From Candidatus Aphodosoma sp. (GTDB taxonomy: Bacteria; Bacteroidota; Bacteroidia; Bacteroidales; Paludibacteraceae): a stretch of 64,000 nt of DNA. Every line of letters begins with the position of its first letter. The first letter of the stretch is position 1. A program made the translations under genes and the position numbers. A model generated the notes under the pieces. That model saw only the letters and a program-made list of their open reading frames with translations. It was not told the origin of the DNA and ran no database searches. Where the stretch lies: the NCBI GenBank assembly GCA_045629685.1, contig JAZQRP010000193.1:28-64027 (forward strand), in the 5' to 3' direction. This document shows positions 16,209 to 26,299 of this stretch, piece by piece.

Positions 16209-17528
16209 ATGGAAAAAAGAATTTCACCTTGGGCGTGGGTATCAACGCTATATTTTTTGCAAGGTATTCCTTATTTTATTGTTAATCAGATATCTGTAGT
16301 TATGTTAACAAAAATGGGAGTACCTAATGGAGATATGGCAATGTTTACTTCGTTGCTTTATCTGCCATGGATGATTAAGCCATTTTGGAGTCCGTTTATT
16401 GATATTTTTAAGACAAAACGTTGGTGGACTATTACGATGCAGATTATTATGTCTTTAGTTTTTGTTGCAATGGTAATGTCAATACCGCATCCAGATCCAG
16501 GACTTATTGCATCGGGGCAAACGCCGATTAGTATGTTTTATGTGACCTTAATTTTATTTGTTATTATAGCATTTGCATCAGCAACTCATGATATTGCGGC
16601 AGATGGATTTTATATGATAGCATTGAATTCAGGAGACCAAGCTCTTTTTGTTGGTATTCGAAGTACATTCTATCGTTTGTCAGGAATTTTTGGACAAGGA
16701 GCATTGGTTGGATTAGCCGGTTATATTGAATTGAGATATGAAAATATACCAATGTCATGGACTATAACAATGATTTTTTCAGCTGTGCTTTTGGGTATAT
16801 TGACACTTTATCATATGTTTATTTTACCAAGGCCAAAGAGTGATGCTTCGGTGCTTGATGAAGATAAAAAAGCAACAGTGGGTGAGATTTTAACTGGATT
16901 TGCGGATTCGTTTAAGACATATTTTATGAAACCCGGTGTTTGGTTAGCTATCGTCTTTATGTTGCTTTATCGTTTGCCAGAAGGATTTTTGATTAAATTG
17001 TGTATGCCGTTTTTATTAGCTTCGCCAGAAGTAGGAGGTCTTGGTATGTCAACAGCTGGAAGTGCACTTGCTTATGGTACAATTGGAGTTGTTTTTCTTA
17101 CTATTGGTGGTATTTTGGGAGGTATTTATGTTTCGAGAGTGGGTTTGAAAAAGGCTTTGTGGCTTATGGCGCTGGGAATGACATTGCCATGCTTGTCGTT
17201 TGTATATTTAGCAATTTATCAACCAACTGAGATTTGGATTATTGCAACAGCTATTTCGATTGAGCAGTTTGGTTATGGATTTGGATTTACGGCATATATG
17301 CTTTATATGATGTATTTTTCTGATGGCGAATTCAAGACTTCGCATTATGCGATTTGTACTGCATTTATGGCTATGAGTATGCTTGTTCCTGGTATGTTTG
17401 CTGGCTATATTCAAGAGGCATTGGGTTATGTTAATTTCTTTTGGATGGTGATGGTTTGTTGTATAGCAACGTTTGTTGTGACATTCTTTGCTTATCGTAA
17501 ACTTGACCCTAATTATGGTAAGAAATAA
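16209..17528 (+). CDS. ampG: AmpG-family MFS permease (muropeptide transporter-like)
   Basis: N-terminus ISPWAWVSTLYFLQGIPYFIV, ~12 predicted TM segments, 439 aa. Confidence 0.75.
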   Translation: MEKRISPWAWVSTLYFLQGIPYFIVNQISVVMLTKMGVPNGDMAMFTSLLYLPWMIKPFWSPFIDIFKTKRWWTITMQIIMSLVFVAMVMSIPHPDPGLIASGQTPISMFYVTLILFVIIAFASATHDIAADGFYMIALNSGDQALFVGIRSTFYRLSGIFGQGALVGLAGYIELRYENIPMSWTITMIFSAVLLGILTLYHMFILPRPKSDASVLDEDKKATVGEILTGFADSFKTYFMKPGVWLAIVFMLLYRLPEGFLIKLCMPFLLASPEVGGLGMSTAGSALAYGTIGVVFLTIGGILGGIYVSRVGLKKALWLMALGMTLPCLSFVYLAIYQPTEIWIIATAISIEQFGYGFGFTAYMLYMMYFSDGEFKTSHYAICTAFMAMSMLVPGMFAGYIQEALGYVNFFWMVMVCCIATFVVTFFAYRKLDPNYGKK

Positions 17529-17543
17529 AATAGCGTGATAATG

Positions 17544-17585
17544 AAAAAACGAGCGATTGCATTAGTGCAATCGCTCGTTTTTTTA
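17544..17585. terminator. bidirectional rho-independent terminator
   Basis: 14-bp stem aacgagcgattgca (17548-17561) / tgcaatcgctcgtt (17566-17579), with an A-run before and a T-run after. It lies between convergent genes. Confidence 0.8.
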
Positions 17586-18734
17586 TGTATATTCTTCTAT
17601 GTCTTCGATGGTTATTGTGTCGCCGCAAAGGATTATTAGGCGTTCGACGATGTTGCGTAGTTCGCGGATGTTGCCACGCCAAGGTAGTTGTTGTAATTTG
17701 GCGATAGCCTCGGGAGTAAATTCTTTGAGAGCGCGCCCTTGTGCGTTGCAGATTGTTTGGGTGAAATGTTCGACTAATAGAGGTATATCTTCGGGGCGTT
17801 TTCGTAGAGGTTCTAAGTGGAGGGGGACAACATTGAGACGGTGGAATAGATCTTCACGGAAGTTGCCTTTTTCGATTTCTTCTTGAAGGTTTTTATTTGT
17901 AGCAGCAAGGACTCTCACGTTGATTTTGATAAGTTTATCACTACCTACAGGCGAAATCACATTTTCTTGAAGACAGCGTAAGACTTTAGCCTGAGCAGAT
18001 AGACTCATATCGCCAATTTCATCGAGAAATATAGTACCGCCATCGGCTTGTTCAAATTTACCTATACGCTGTTTTATTGCAGAAGTAAAAGCTCCTTTTT
18101 CATGTCCAAAAAGTTCGCTCTCAATTAATTCGGAAGGAATTGCAGCGCAGTTGACTTCAATGAATGGTTTCTCGGCACGTGGAGAATTTTGATATATTTG
18201 GCGAGCAACAACCTCTTTCCCTGTACCATTATCGCCAGTAATCAAAACACGTGTATCGGTTTTAGAGATAAGCTCTATCAAATGGCGCAATTTTTTTACG
18301 CAAGGCGATTCGCCAATCATCTCATAATCGCGTTGTATCTTCTTTTTGAGAGTTTTAGTTTCTTTTATCAATTTATTTTTGTCAAGAGCATTACGGGTAG
18401 ATACAAGCAAACGATTTAAGTCTAATGGTTTTTCGAGGAAATCAAATGCCCCTTTTTTAATGCACTCCACGGCAATTTCAATATTACCATGAGCTGACAT
18501 GATCATAATTGGCGATTCAAACCCATCTTCTTTGAGTTTTTCAAGTAACACAATACCACTAACCCCCGGCATTACGATATCAGTAAGAATCAAGTCATAG
18601 TGCTTAGTTTTAGCTTTCTCAAAAGCTTGAGTAGCATCTTCTGCTACATCAACGATATACTTCTCGTGTTCGAGAATGTCTTTGATGGTATTACGTATAA
18701 AACGTTCATCATCCACTACCAATACACGTGCCAT
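17583..18734 (-). CDS. sigma-54-dependent response regulator (REC + AAA+), no C-terminal HTH
   Basis: REC domain VLVVDDE...[13 protein letters not shown]+ domain with [14 protein letters not shown] (GAFTGA variant) and RELRN. The protein ends ~25 aa after the AAA+ domain at 383 aa. Confidence 0.85.
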   Translation of the reverse strand: MARVLVVDDERFIRNTIKDILEHEKYIVDVAEDATQAFEKAKTKHYDLILTDIVMPGVSGIVLLEKLKEDGFESPIMIMSAHGNIEIAVECIKKGAFDFLEKPLDLNRLLVSTRNALDKNKLIKETKTLKKKIQRDYEMIGESPCVKKLRHLIELISKTDTRVLITGDNGTGKEVVARQIYQNSPRAEKPFIEVNCAAIPSELIESELFGHEKGAFTSAIKQRIGKFEQADGGTIFLDEIGDMSLSAQAKVLRCLQENVISPVGSDKLIKINVRVLAATNKNLQEEIEKGNFREDLFHRLNVVPLHLEPLRKRPEDIPLLVEHFTQTICNAQGRALKEFTPEAIAKLQQLPWRGNIRELRNIVERLIILCGDTITIEDIEEYT

Positions 18735-18750
18735 AAGAGTTAAGTTTTAA

Positions 18751-18810
18751 TTAGTTACTAGTTACAAGTTACTAGTTATTAGTTAGTAGTTATTAGTTAG
18801 TAGTTATTAA
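18751..18810. repeat. heptamer array (GTTACTA/GTTATTA type)
   Basis: ttagttactagttacaagttactagttattagttagtagttattagttagtagttattaa fills most of the gap between two minus-strand genes. Confidence 0.8.
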
Positions 18811-18832
18811 CGATAGACTTGGTTTCTGTTTC

Positions 18833-20683
18833 TTATTTATTATTACTTGTTTTAATTAGTTCTTTTGGTTTTTGTTCAAGAATAGGCAATTCATCCACAT
18901 CCCAAACTTCTTCTACATCCCAAAAAGCACGAAGCTCCATGTCGTAAGGGTAATAACATATTTTCTCTGCTTGACGTTTCTCTTTGTAATTGCCTGTATC
19001 CCACTTGCCATTACCATTTTCGTCAATAAATAGTCGAGCATAATAGGTATCAGGTTTCATATATTCGAATTTCACTTTTGCTTCTGTAGCAGCTTGTTCT
19101 CTTACTATTTTATCATCTTTACTCAATATTTGAATAACCTCTTTACCTGTATAATCAGTCAATTCAAATATCAGAACTGCATATTCCTCAAGCGATTTTG
19201 TTTTAAAAGCAAAAGTCTCTTCTTTTGTTGCTAAGCCAATAAAAGAGGTAAATAATGCTGAATCAACAATTAATTGATAGTCTGTTGCTGGTTTCCACTC
19301 ATATTCTATTTGGTATTGCAAACCTATACTATCACCTTTAAGCAATTTAGCATCTAAATCAACCCAATTTGTATCTACCTTCTCCTGCAATCTATACCAT
19401 GTTGTATCGTTAGGTGTCATTGCTGTTGGCACATCAAACGATAATACAAACGGAACATAGACATCAAATGTTGTCGATTGATTTGAATTTATAGTATGAT
19501 ACTTTATTTGTTGCTCTTCATTATTATTTTTCTTTTTATTGCTCTTTGGTGCACGATACAAGAATGTAATTGTGTCTGTTTGCCAATAAATTGAATCATC
19601 ACGCTTTTGATATGTTGTCTCTATTTGCAAAGTATCCTGTTGCCACAAAAGAGTATCAGTAAGCCAATATGTTAATGTATCTTTATTTGTTGATTCTTGT
19701 AAAGTATAAGTAAAAATACTATCTACTATATTCAAAGGCTTTAAGATAGGCAAAGAATCACATGTGCTACCAAATTCCAATACTAATTTATGTCTTTCTG
19801 GACGAGACGATTTGGATAAATATTGACGATTACTTTTCTCAACAAAAGCAAAAAGAACAACATCATCAGGAGTATATGTATAATTATATTTTGTTACTAC
19901 TGAATCAATTATAAGTTGTGTAGAATCCACTATATTATTCACAGAGTCAATTATTGCATAGTGCGAGATTGTATCGTATGTAACTTCTGTCGTACAGATA
20001 GGAGTGTAAATACTATCATCAAAAGCAATTTGCTCAGTAGGAATATCAAAATAATAATTACTACCAATATCAGAAAGTGCGAAAACATGATACCCACCCT
20101 CTTTTATATTGCTTATCGTAAATTTCCCTTCGTCATTTGTTTTTGTAATACGGTCGAAAGGCATAGATGTGAAGGCTGTATCGCTAAGATTACTATGAAT
20201 TCCGACTATTAAATTAGGTATTGGGTTTAATGTTTCGGAATCAACAATCGTGCCAGACAGCTTTAAAGTATCAATAAAATCGCCTGTTGCAAAACTAAAA
20301 GTGAATCCGTCTAATTCATTACGCTCATTATTGTCAATAATTGAGTTTGTGAAATCGATTGTGTATGTAGTTTTTTCTTTTAAGCTATCTTGCAATTCCA
20401 CATTTACCTTATGTCCCGAAGCTTTAATGATGGCCATACTTGTTTGAGGTGGCGAAATCACCACCTTTTCAAATGTGCTTTGAACAAGAACTATTTCATC
20501 GAATGTGAGTTGTATTTTGTTTGATGTTACATTTGTCGCTCCATTTTCAGGCGTGCATTTCAACAATTTTGGTGGTGTTGTATCTTTAGGTCCACCTTGC
20601 GGTCCACTACCTCGATTGGCACAACCGAGAATTGTCAAAATACAAAAAGTAATTAGTGATAATATTTTAAAAGTTTGCTTCAT
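18833..20683 (-). CDS. Ig-like (Big_5/SbsA_Ig) domain-containing lipoprotein
   Basis: Lipobox ILGC, then GPKDTTPPKLLKCTPENGATNVTSNKIQLTFDE, which is typical of Big_5 N-termini. Length is 616 aa. Confidence 0.7.
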   Translation of the reverse strand: MKQTFKILSLITFCILTILGCANRGSGPQGGPKDTTPPKLLKCTPENGATNVTSNKIQLTFDEIVLVQSTFEKVVISPPQTSMAIIKASGHKVNVELQDSLKEKTTYTIDFTNSIIDNNERNELDGFTFSFATGDFIDTLKLSGTIVDSETLNPIPNLIVGIHSNLSDTAFTSMPFDRITKTNDEGKFTISNIKEGGYHVFALSDIGSNYYFDIPTEQIAFDDSIYTPICTTEVTYDTISHYAIIDSVNNIVDSTQLIIDSVVTKYNYTYTPDDVVLFAFVEKSNRQYLSKSSRPERHKLVLEFGSTCDSLPILKPLNIVDSIFTYTLQESTNKDTLTYWLTDTLLWQQDTLQIETTYQKRDDSIYWQTDTITFLYRAPKSNKKKNNNEEQQIKYHTINSNQSTTFDVYVPFVLSFDVPTAMTPNDTTWYRLQEKVDTNWVDLDAKLLKGDSIGLQYQIEYEWKPATDYQLIVDSALFTSFIGLATKEETFAFKTKSLEEYAVLIFELTDYTGKEVIQILSKDDKIVREQAATEAKVKFEYMKPDTYYARLFIDENGNGKWDTGNYKEKRQAEKICYYPYDMELRAFWDVEEVWDVDELPILEQKPKELIKTSNNK

Positions 20684-20719
20684 AAATTATAAAACAACGA
20701 TTTAGTATTCAAGTGTAAT

Positions 20720-21823
20720 TTAATTATGAATTGTATAAATGTCTCCTGGCATTTGGTCTATCAATTCATCAAAAACCATTTCGGTAAGTAAAGCCGATGT
20801 TTTTTGTATTGACAGATCTAGATTTGTGCTTATTATATTTATGTGTTGAGGTCCTGATTTCAATAAATCTATTACCGATTGTTGCTCTGGAGTCAAATCA
20901 TTAAACAGAGTTTGTTGAACTGCATTTTTCTCAGGAGCAGTCCAACCCATTAGGTTTATTAAATCTTCTGCTGAAGTAATAATTTCAGCCTTGTGCTGAC
21001 GTATTAGTTTATTACAACCCTCCGATGTTTTGTCTCCTACACGACCAGGAAATGCCATTACATCACGGTTATAATCATTAGCAATATTTGCAGTTATCAA
21101 CGATCCTCCTTTTATTGCTGATTCAACAACCACTACCACATCACTTAAACCTGCAACGATACGATTACGTTGTACAAAGTTCTGAGGGTCAGGAGTTGTT
21201 TTTGAGAGATATTCAGTCACTATTGCACCTCCCGATTGTATCATTTGTGAAGCATACTGACGATGCACATGCGGGTATATTTTATCAAGTCCATGCGCTA
21301 CAATACCTATCGTTGGCAATCCATGTTCGAGAGCCGCTTTGTGAGATGCAATATCAATTCCGTATGCCAACCCACTGACAATCACCGTGTCGGGATTAGA
21401 GATGGAGAGAGTTTTAACAAGTTCATTTGTCAAATCTCGCCCATACTTTGTAGCATTGCGAGTGCCTATTATTGCAACAAACTTTTGTGAATTGAGATTG
21501 CAATTCCCATATTGATAAAGTATTTGAGGTGCATCACTACATTGAGCTAAACGAACAGGATAATCATTTGATCCAAAAGGAATTGCTTTAATCCTATTTT
21601 TCTCAATAAATTCGATTTCTGCTGACGCTCGACGCAAAGCCTCTTGTCTATATCCTTCATCCGAAATATAAGCTCCAACGCCACCTATTTTACGTAACAC
21701 ATCAGGCGATTCCTTAAATACCGCCTCTGCCGAACCAAGATGCTCTATCAAGATGCGTGCAGTGCGTGGACCCACCATAAATAATTGAGTCAAAGCTATA
21801 TCATATAATAAATCTTTCCCCAT
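20720..21823 (-). CDS. dprA: DNA-processing protein DprA
   Basis: Rossmann-like block VAIIGTRNATKYG...SGLAYGIDIASHKAAL...GAIVTEY...FVQRNRIVAG. ATG 21823 (MGKDLLYDIAL) is preferred and avoids overlap with the upstream gene. Confidence 0.9.
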   Translation of the reverse strand: MGKDLLYDIALTQLFMVGPRTARILIEHLGSAEAVFKESPDVLRKIGGVGAYISDEGYRQEALRRASAEIEFIEKNRIKAIPFGSNDYPVRLAQCSDAPQILYQYGNCNLNSQKFVAIIGTRNATKYGRDLTNELVKTLSISNPDTVIVSGLAYGIDIASHKAALEHGLPTIGIVAHGLDKIYPHVHRQYASQMIQSGGAIVTEYLSKTTPDPQNFVQRNRIVAGLSDVVVVVESAIKGGSLITANIANDYNRDVMAFPGRVGDKTSEGCNKLIRQHKAEIITSAEDLINLMGWTAPEKNAVQQTLFNDLTPEQQSVIDLLKSGPQHINIISTNLDLSIQKTSALLTEMVFDELIDQMPGDIYTIHN

Positions 21824-21827
21824 CTTT

Positions 21828-22184
21828 TTATTTTTTGTAGTTTCTGTAAACACAAAGAACCCCAATAGCCAAAATCACTCCAAACGTATTAGCTATAAAA
21901 TCATATATCGAACCCGCGCGCCAAGGCAAAAAACATTGTATTATCTCCATTAAAGTACCAAATCCTACTGAAAATAAAAACGCAAAATACAAATGTCTTT
22001 TTGTTATTTCCTTACGCCAATATGATGTCAAATCAAATATGAATGTTAGAGTTACACCAAAATACATAATAGTATGCACAATTTTATCAGCACTTGGTAC
22101 GTCTGTTTTTGGCAATACCCCTGTATTGATCGTTGAAAGTATCAACACAAGGGTACACACCAATATCGTAGGAAAGTAACGCAT
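21828..22184 (-). CDS. VanZ-like family membrane protein
   Basis: 118 aa, 4 TM, with DKIVH...EIIQ...R...D pattern. Confidence 0.65.
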   Translation of the reverse strand: MRYFPTILVCTLVLILSTINTGVLPKTDVPSADKIVHTIMYFGVTLTFIFDLTSYWRKEITKRHLYFAFLFSVGFGTLMEIIQCFLPWRAGSIYDFIANTFGVILAIGVLCVYRNYKK

Positions 22185-22220
22185 CTATTTCTGTTGAGAA
22201 TTAAAATACCTAATTACTAA

Positions 22221-22985
22221 TTAGAAATATTTCACTTCTGTGCCATAAATGCTTGTCAACAAGTTATTTGCCAAGCGACTTGCTCCAAAACGGAACAATT
22301 CATTAGTCATCCATTCTTCACCCAATACAGTGCGAACGATAGTGTAATATTCAACAGCCTCTTTTGTTGTAGAGATACCACCTGCAGGTTTAAGACCTAC
22401 TTTAATGCCTGTTTTTTCGTAGTATTCTTTAATAGCTTGACACATAATGTATGCTGCTTCTAATGTAGCTGAACGCTCTGTTTTGCCTGTCGATGTTTTG
22501 ATGAAATCAGCACCTGCTGCCATAGCCAACAACGATGCTTGTTTTATCTCTTTTGTGTTGTGCATCAAACCACTTTCGAGGATAACTTTCAAGTGTGCTC
22601 TATGACAAGCGTCTTTAATCTCTTGCAATTCTTCATATACTTCAGTATGGAAGCCGCTAAAGAATTTACCAAGCGAAATGACAACATCAATCTCGTTAGC
22701 ACCTGCAGCTGCAGTCAATGCTACTTCTGCAATTTTTGCTTCAATGAATGTTTGTGACGATGGGAAACATGCCGAAACTGCTGCAATATTTACACCTTCA
22801 GTTTCCAATGTAGCTTTTGTAACAGGCACCAATGCAGGATATACGCACACTGCTGCTACATTAGGCATTTCAGGATATTTCGCTTTAAATTCATTAACAC
22901 GCTCCATCATGCCACCGATTTTATCTTCTGTGTCAGTGCTATTAAGCGATGTAAGGTCAATTTGGTTAAAACATTGTTTCCACAC
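22221..22985 (-). CDS. deoC: deoxyribose-phosphate aldolase (start uncertain, see findings)
   Basis: IDLTSLN, VAAVCVYP and the Schiff-base lysine block DFIKTSTGK. The first canonical start is GTG 22985, but the frame stays open and protein-like up to 23105. Confidence 0.85.
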   Translation of the reverse strand: MWKQCFNQIDLTSLNSTDTEDKIGGMMERVNEFKAKYPEMPNVAAVCVYPALVPVTKATLETEGVNIAAVSACFPSSQTFIEAKIAEVALTAAAGANEIDVVISLGKFFSGFHTEVYEELQEIKDACHRAHLKVILESGLMHNTKEIKQASLLAMAAGADFIKTSTGKTERSATLEAAYIMCQAIKEYYEKTGIKVGLKPAGGISTTKEAVEYYTIVRTVLGEEWMTNELFRFGASRLANNLLTSIYGTEVKYF

Positions 22986-23113
22986 CTCAACTGTATTATA
23001 TTTGTCGAAGTTTTTTGCAATAATCTCTTTTACTGCTTCAGCTACACTTTCGTCTGTGAAGTTGAAGTCGTACTCGATGTAAAGTTGTATTAATTTTTCG
23101 ATATTTTAGATTG

Positions 23114-23146
23114 TTAGTAACGAGTAGCGAGTAACAAGTAACAAGA
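23114..23146. repeat. heptamer array (TAGTAAC/GAGTAGC type)
   Basis: Sequence is ttagtaac gagtagc gagtaac aagtaac aag. Confidence 0.75.
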
Positions 23147-23170
23147 TTTACTCGCCTTGCTCGTTTTGTT

Positions 23171-23623
23171 TTATTCTTTTCTTTGCGAGTCAATCAATAT
23201 CGTAACTGGTCCATCATTCAACAATTCCACCTTCATATCAGCACCAAACTCTCCAGTGCCAACCTCTTTGCCCAATAATTCCGATACTTTAGCACAGAAT
23301 TTTTCATACATCGGTATCGCAAAATCAGGTTTAGATGCTCTAATATAACTTGGACGATTACCTTTAGCAGTCATCGCATGCAAGGTGAATTGACTGACAA
23401 TCAATATTTCACCTTCAACATCCATTACCGAGCGGTTCATTACGCCATTCTCATCGTCAAAAATACGTAAATTCACCACCTTTTGTGCCAACCAATTGAT
23501 ATCTGCATCGCTATCAGCATCTTCAATGCCAACTAATATCAATAAACCTTTTCCTATTTTCGATTTTAGCACACCCTCAATCGTCACCGAGGCATGCGTA
23601 ACACGTTGTATTACTAATCTCAT
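23171..23623 (-). CDS. dtd: D-aminoacyl-tRNA deacylase
   Basis: MRLVIQRV...GLLILVG...SQFTL...GNRPS. Length is 150 aa. Confidence 0.95.
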   Translation of the reverse strand: MRLVIQRVTHASVTIEGVLKSKIGKGLLILVGIEDADSDADINWLAQKVVNLRIFDDENGVMNRSVMDVEGEILIVSQFTLHAMTAKGNRPSYIRASKPDFAIPMYEKFCAKVSELLGKEVGTGEFGADMKVELLNDGPVTILIDSQRKE

Positions 23624-24105
23624 AACTCCATCAAACGCTTACCAACAATCTCTGCTGCCAAATACACCAATTCCCCGCAAGGGCGCTTTTTATAATATTC
23701 CTGAGTGCGAGCCGATGGAGTAGGGTCCTCTTTTTTGCAAGTTAAACCAAGCAATTCTCGACAAATAATTGAACCATTCTCTTGTCGGAAATCTTCAGCA
23801 ACTTGTTGAACCAAAGCATAATTCGCCTTTTTAGCCTCAGCATCTTTATTATCGGCAGGTATCGCCATCGATGCCACCATAAACATACCTGTGCAAGCAC
23901 CGCACACTTCACGCAATCTACCCATACCACCACCGAAACTCGATGCAAATTTCGAAGCTAATTCAACATCTAAATCAAACAAATCAGCGTATGCCATAAA
24001 CACCGATTGCGAGCAATTATAACCATCCTGAAAGAAAGCTTTTGCCCTTTCAGCTCTCTCTTTGACAAGTTGAGAATTGAGAGTTGAGAGTTGAGAATTT
24101 TTCAT
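23620..24105 (-). CDS. C_GCAxxG_C_C family protein
   Basis: GYNCSQSV and VCGACTG motifs. The N-terminal KNSQLSTLNSQL is encoded by a CTCAATT-type heptamer array. Confidence 0.8.
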   Translation of the reverse strand: MKNSQLSTLNSQLVKERAERAKAFFQDGYNCSQSVFMAYADLFDLDVELASKFASSFGGGMGRLREVCGACTGMFMVASMAIPADNKDAEAKKANYALVQQVAEDFRQENGSIICRELLGLTCKKEDPTPSARTQEYYKKRPCGELVYLAAEIVGKRLMEL

Positions 24106-24137
24106 AAATTATTTTTATAATTTTATATTTATAAGCA

Positions 24138-26276
24138 TTAAACCAACACAAAATCCAATTGCTTTTTCACCAAATCAGCCTTTGCAATTTTCACAGTCAA
24201 TTCATCGCCCAACTGATAGCGTTTGCCCGTATATCGCCCTACAATGCAGTAATTTTTCTCATCAAATTCATAGTAATCATCATCGAGACAACGAACAGGA
24301 ATCATACCCTCACATTTATTTTCATTTAATTCCACATAGATACCCCAATCCGTAACTCCCGAAATCACACCATCATACACCTGCCCAAGACGCTCGCTCA
24401 TATATTCCACTTGTTTATATTTAATCGAAGCTCTCTCTGCCGATGCAGCCAACTGCTCCATATCCGACGAATGCTCGCAATACTCCTCATATTCATTTTT
24501 GTTCACCGAATGTCCCTCTTCAAATAAATATCGAGTTAATAATCTATGCACCATCATATCTGGATAACGACGAATAGGCGATGTAAAGTGAGTGTAATAA
24601 TCAAACGCCAAACCATAGTGCCCAATATTTTCAGTCGTATAAGTAGCCTTAGCCATCGAGCGGATAGCAAGTGTTTCAATCAAATTCTGTTCACGTTTGC
24701 CAGTTACCTGGTCAAGCAAATTATTGATTGCTGCCGACACCACCTCGCTCTTACCTGTAGTTTTCAGTTTGTAACCAAAACGTTTGATAAAAGCACTAAA
24801 ATTCTCCAATTTATCTGGATTAGGCACATCATGCACACGATAAACAAACGTTTTAGCTTTAGCTTTAGCACCTTTCACCGCTTTAGGTTTACCAATATGA
24901 GTAGCCACTGTCTTGTTTGCCAACAACATAAACTCTTCAATGAGCATATTCGACTCCTTAGCCTCTTTGAAATATACACTCAAAGGTTTACCCTTCTCAT
25001 CAATTTCAAATCTCACTTCCACTCTGTCAAAAGCAATAGCCCCCTTAGCAAAACGCTTAGTTCTCAGTATTTGCGCCAGTTCGTTGAGTTTTAGTACCTC
25101 TTGGGCATAATCACCTTCGCCAGTTTCGATTATTTGTTGTGCTTCTTCATATGTAAATCGTCTATTCGAATTTATCACAGTGCGACAAATCTTATAATCC
25201 TTCACCTCAGCGAATTCATCAATATGGAAAATAACAGAATAAGCCAACTTATCCTCATTCGGACGCAATGAGCAGATATTATTACACAATCTTTCAGGCA
25301 GCATAGGCACAGTCCTATCCACCAAATACACCGATGTAGCACGCTTATAAGCCTCTTTATCAATGATTGAGTCAGGGGTTACATAATGAGTTACATCGGC
25401 AATATGCACACCAATCTCCCACAATCCTGTCTCTAACTTACGAATAGAAAGTGCATCATCAAAGTCCTTAGCATCACGAGGGTCAATAGTAAACGTCACT
25501 ACATCACGCATATCTATGCGACGTGCAATCTCCTCATCATCAATCTTATCTGATATCTCATTAGCAGCATCTTCCACCTCCTGAGGGTAACTATATGGCA
25601 ACCCGAACTCAGCCAAAATAGCATGCATCTCAGCATCGTTGTTGCCAACATCGCCAAGCACTGTAACAATCTCACCAATAGGATTTTTTTCCTTGCTTAC
25701 CCATTCCACGATGCGTCCCACACAACGTTGCCCATCTTTTCCGCCATTCAATTTGTCAAGCGGAATAAACATATCATGCGTCAACAGCTTCTTATCTATA
25801 TTGAGAAAAGCAAAGGTAGGTTTAACCTCCAAAATACCCACAAATTCAGTCTTTTTGCGTTCAAGCACATTCACCACCTCGCCCTCTTGTTCTCTACCCT
25901 TACGACGAGGGAAAAGCACAACTTCCACTCTATCTCCATTCAACGCACAACCCATCGAACGCTCAGCAATCCACACACGTTCGCCTCCATCATCAGGGAT
26001 AAGATAAGTCTTTTTAGCTACCGATTCACGGTCCAATACACCTGTCACAGTCTGACGGCGCATATTAGCCTTATATTTACCTGCGCTAATACGTTGTATC
26101 TTACCAGCTGCCTCTAAGTCAAACATAGCATCAACCACACGCTCCTTCATCACCGACTTCTTCAATCCTAAAGCCGCTGATACCTGCTTATAATTAAAAG
26201 GCTTAGTCGAATTCTCATTAAAAAAATTCAACACCTGACGTGTTATAGCCTCTTTCGTAAAATTACCTTTTGCCAT
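24138..26276 (-). CDS. rnr: ribonuclease R
   Basis: RNB domain blocks TIDPRDAKDFDDALS and HFTSPIRRYPD, with a C-terminal S1 domain. Length is 712 aa. Confidence 0.95.
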   Translation of the reverse strand: MAKGNFTKEAITRQVLNFFNENSTKPFNYKQVSAALGLKKSVMKERVVDAMFDLEAAGKIQRISAGKYKANMRRQTVTGVLDRESVAKKTYLIPDDGGERVWIAERSMGCALNGDRVEVVLFPRRKGREQEGEVVNVLERKKTEFVGILEVKPTFAFLNIDKKLLTHDMFIPLDKLNGGKDGQRCVGRIVEWVSKEKNPIGEIVTVLGDVGNNDAEMHAILAEFGLPYSYPQEVEDAANEISDKIDDEEIARRIDMRDVVTFTIDPRDAKDFDDALSIRKLETGLWEIGVHIADVTHYVTPDSIIDKEAYKRATSVYLVDRTVPMLPERLCNNICSLRPNEDKLAYSVIFHIDEFAEVKDYKICRTVINSNRRFTYEEAQQIIETGEGDYAQEVLKLNELAQILRTKRFAKGAIAFDRVEVRFEIDEKGKPLSVYFKEAKESNMLIEEFMLLANKTVATHIGKPKAVKGAKAKAKTFVYRVHDVPNPDKLENFSAFIKRFGYKLKTTGKSEVVSAAINNLLDQVTGKREQNLIETLAIRSMAKATYTTENIGHYGLAFDYYTHFTSPIRRYPDMMVHRLLTRYLFEEGHSVNKNEYEEYCEHSSDMEQLAASAERASIKYKQVEYMSERLGQVYDGVISGVTDWGIYVELNENKCEGMIPVRCLDDDYYEFDEKNYCIVGRYTGKRYQLGDELTVKIAKADLVKKQLDFVLV

Positions 26277-26299
26277 ATTTCAATTTTCATTTTTTGCAA

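Noticed and set aside
24546-26117. Plus-strand ORFs of 122-182 aa inside rnr, and the plus-strand ORF 4950-5615 inside the C13 fusion gene
   Set aside because: They are antisense to genes with strong homology signals. Their products are low-complexity and lack promoter boxes.
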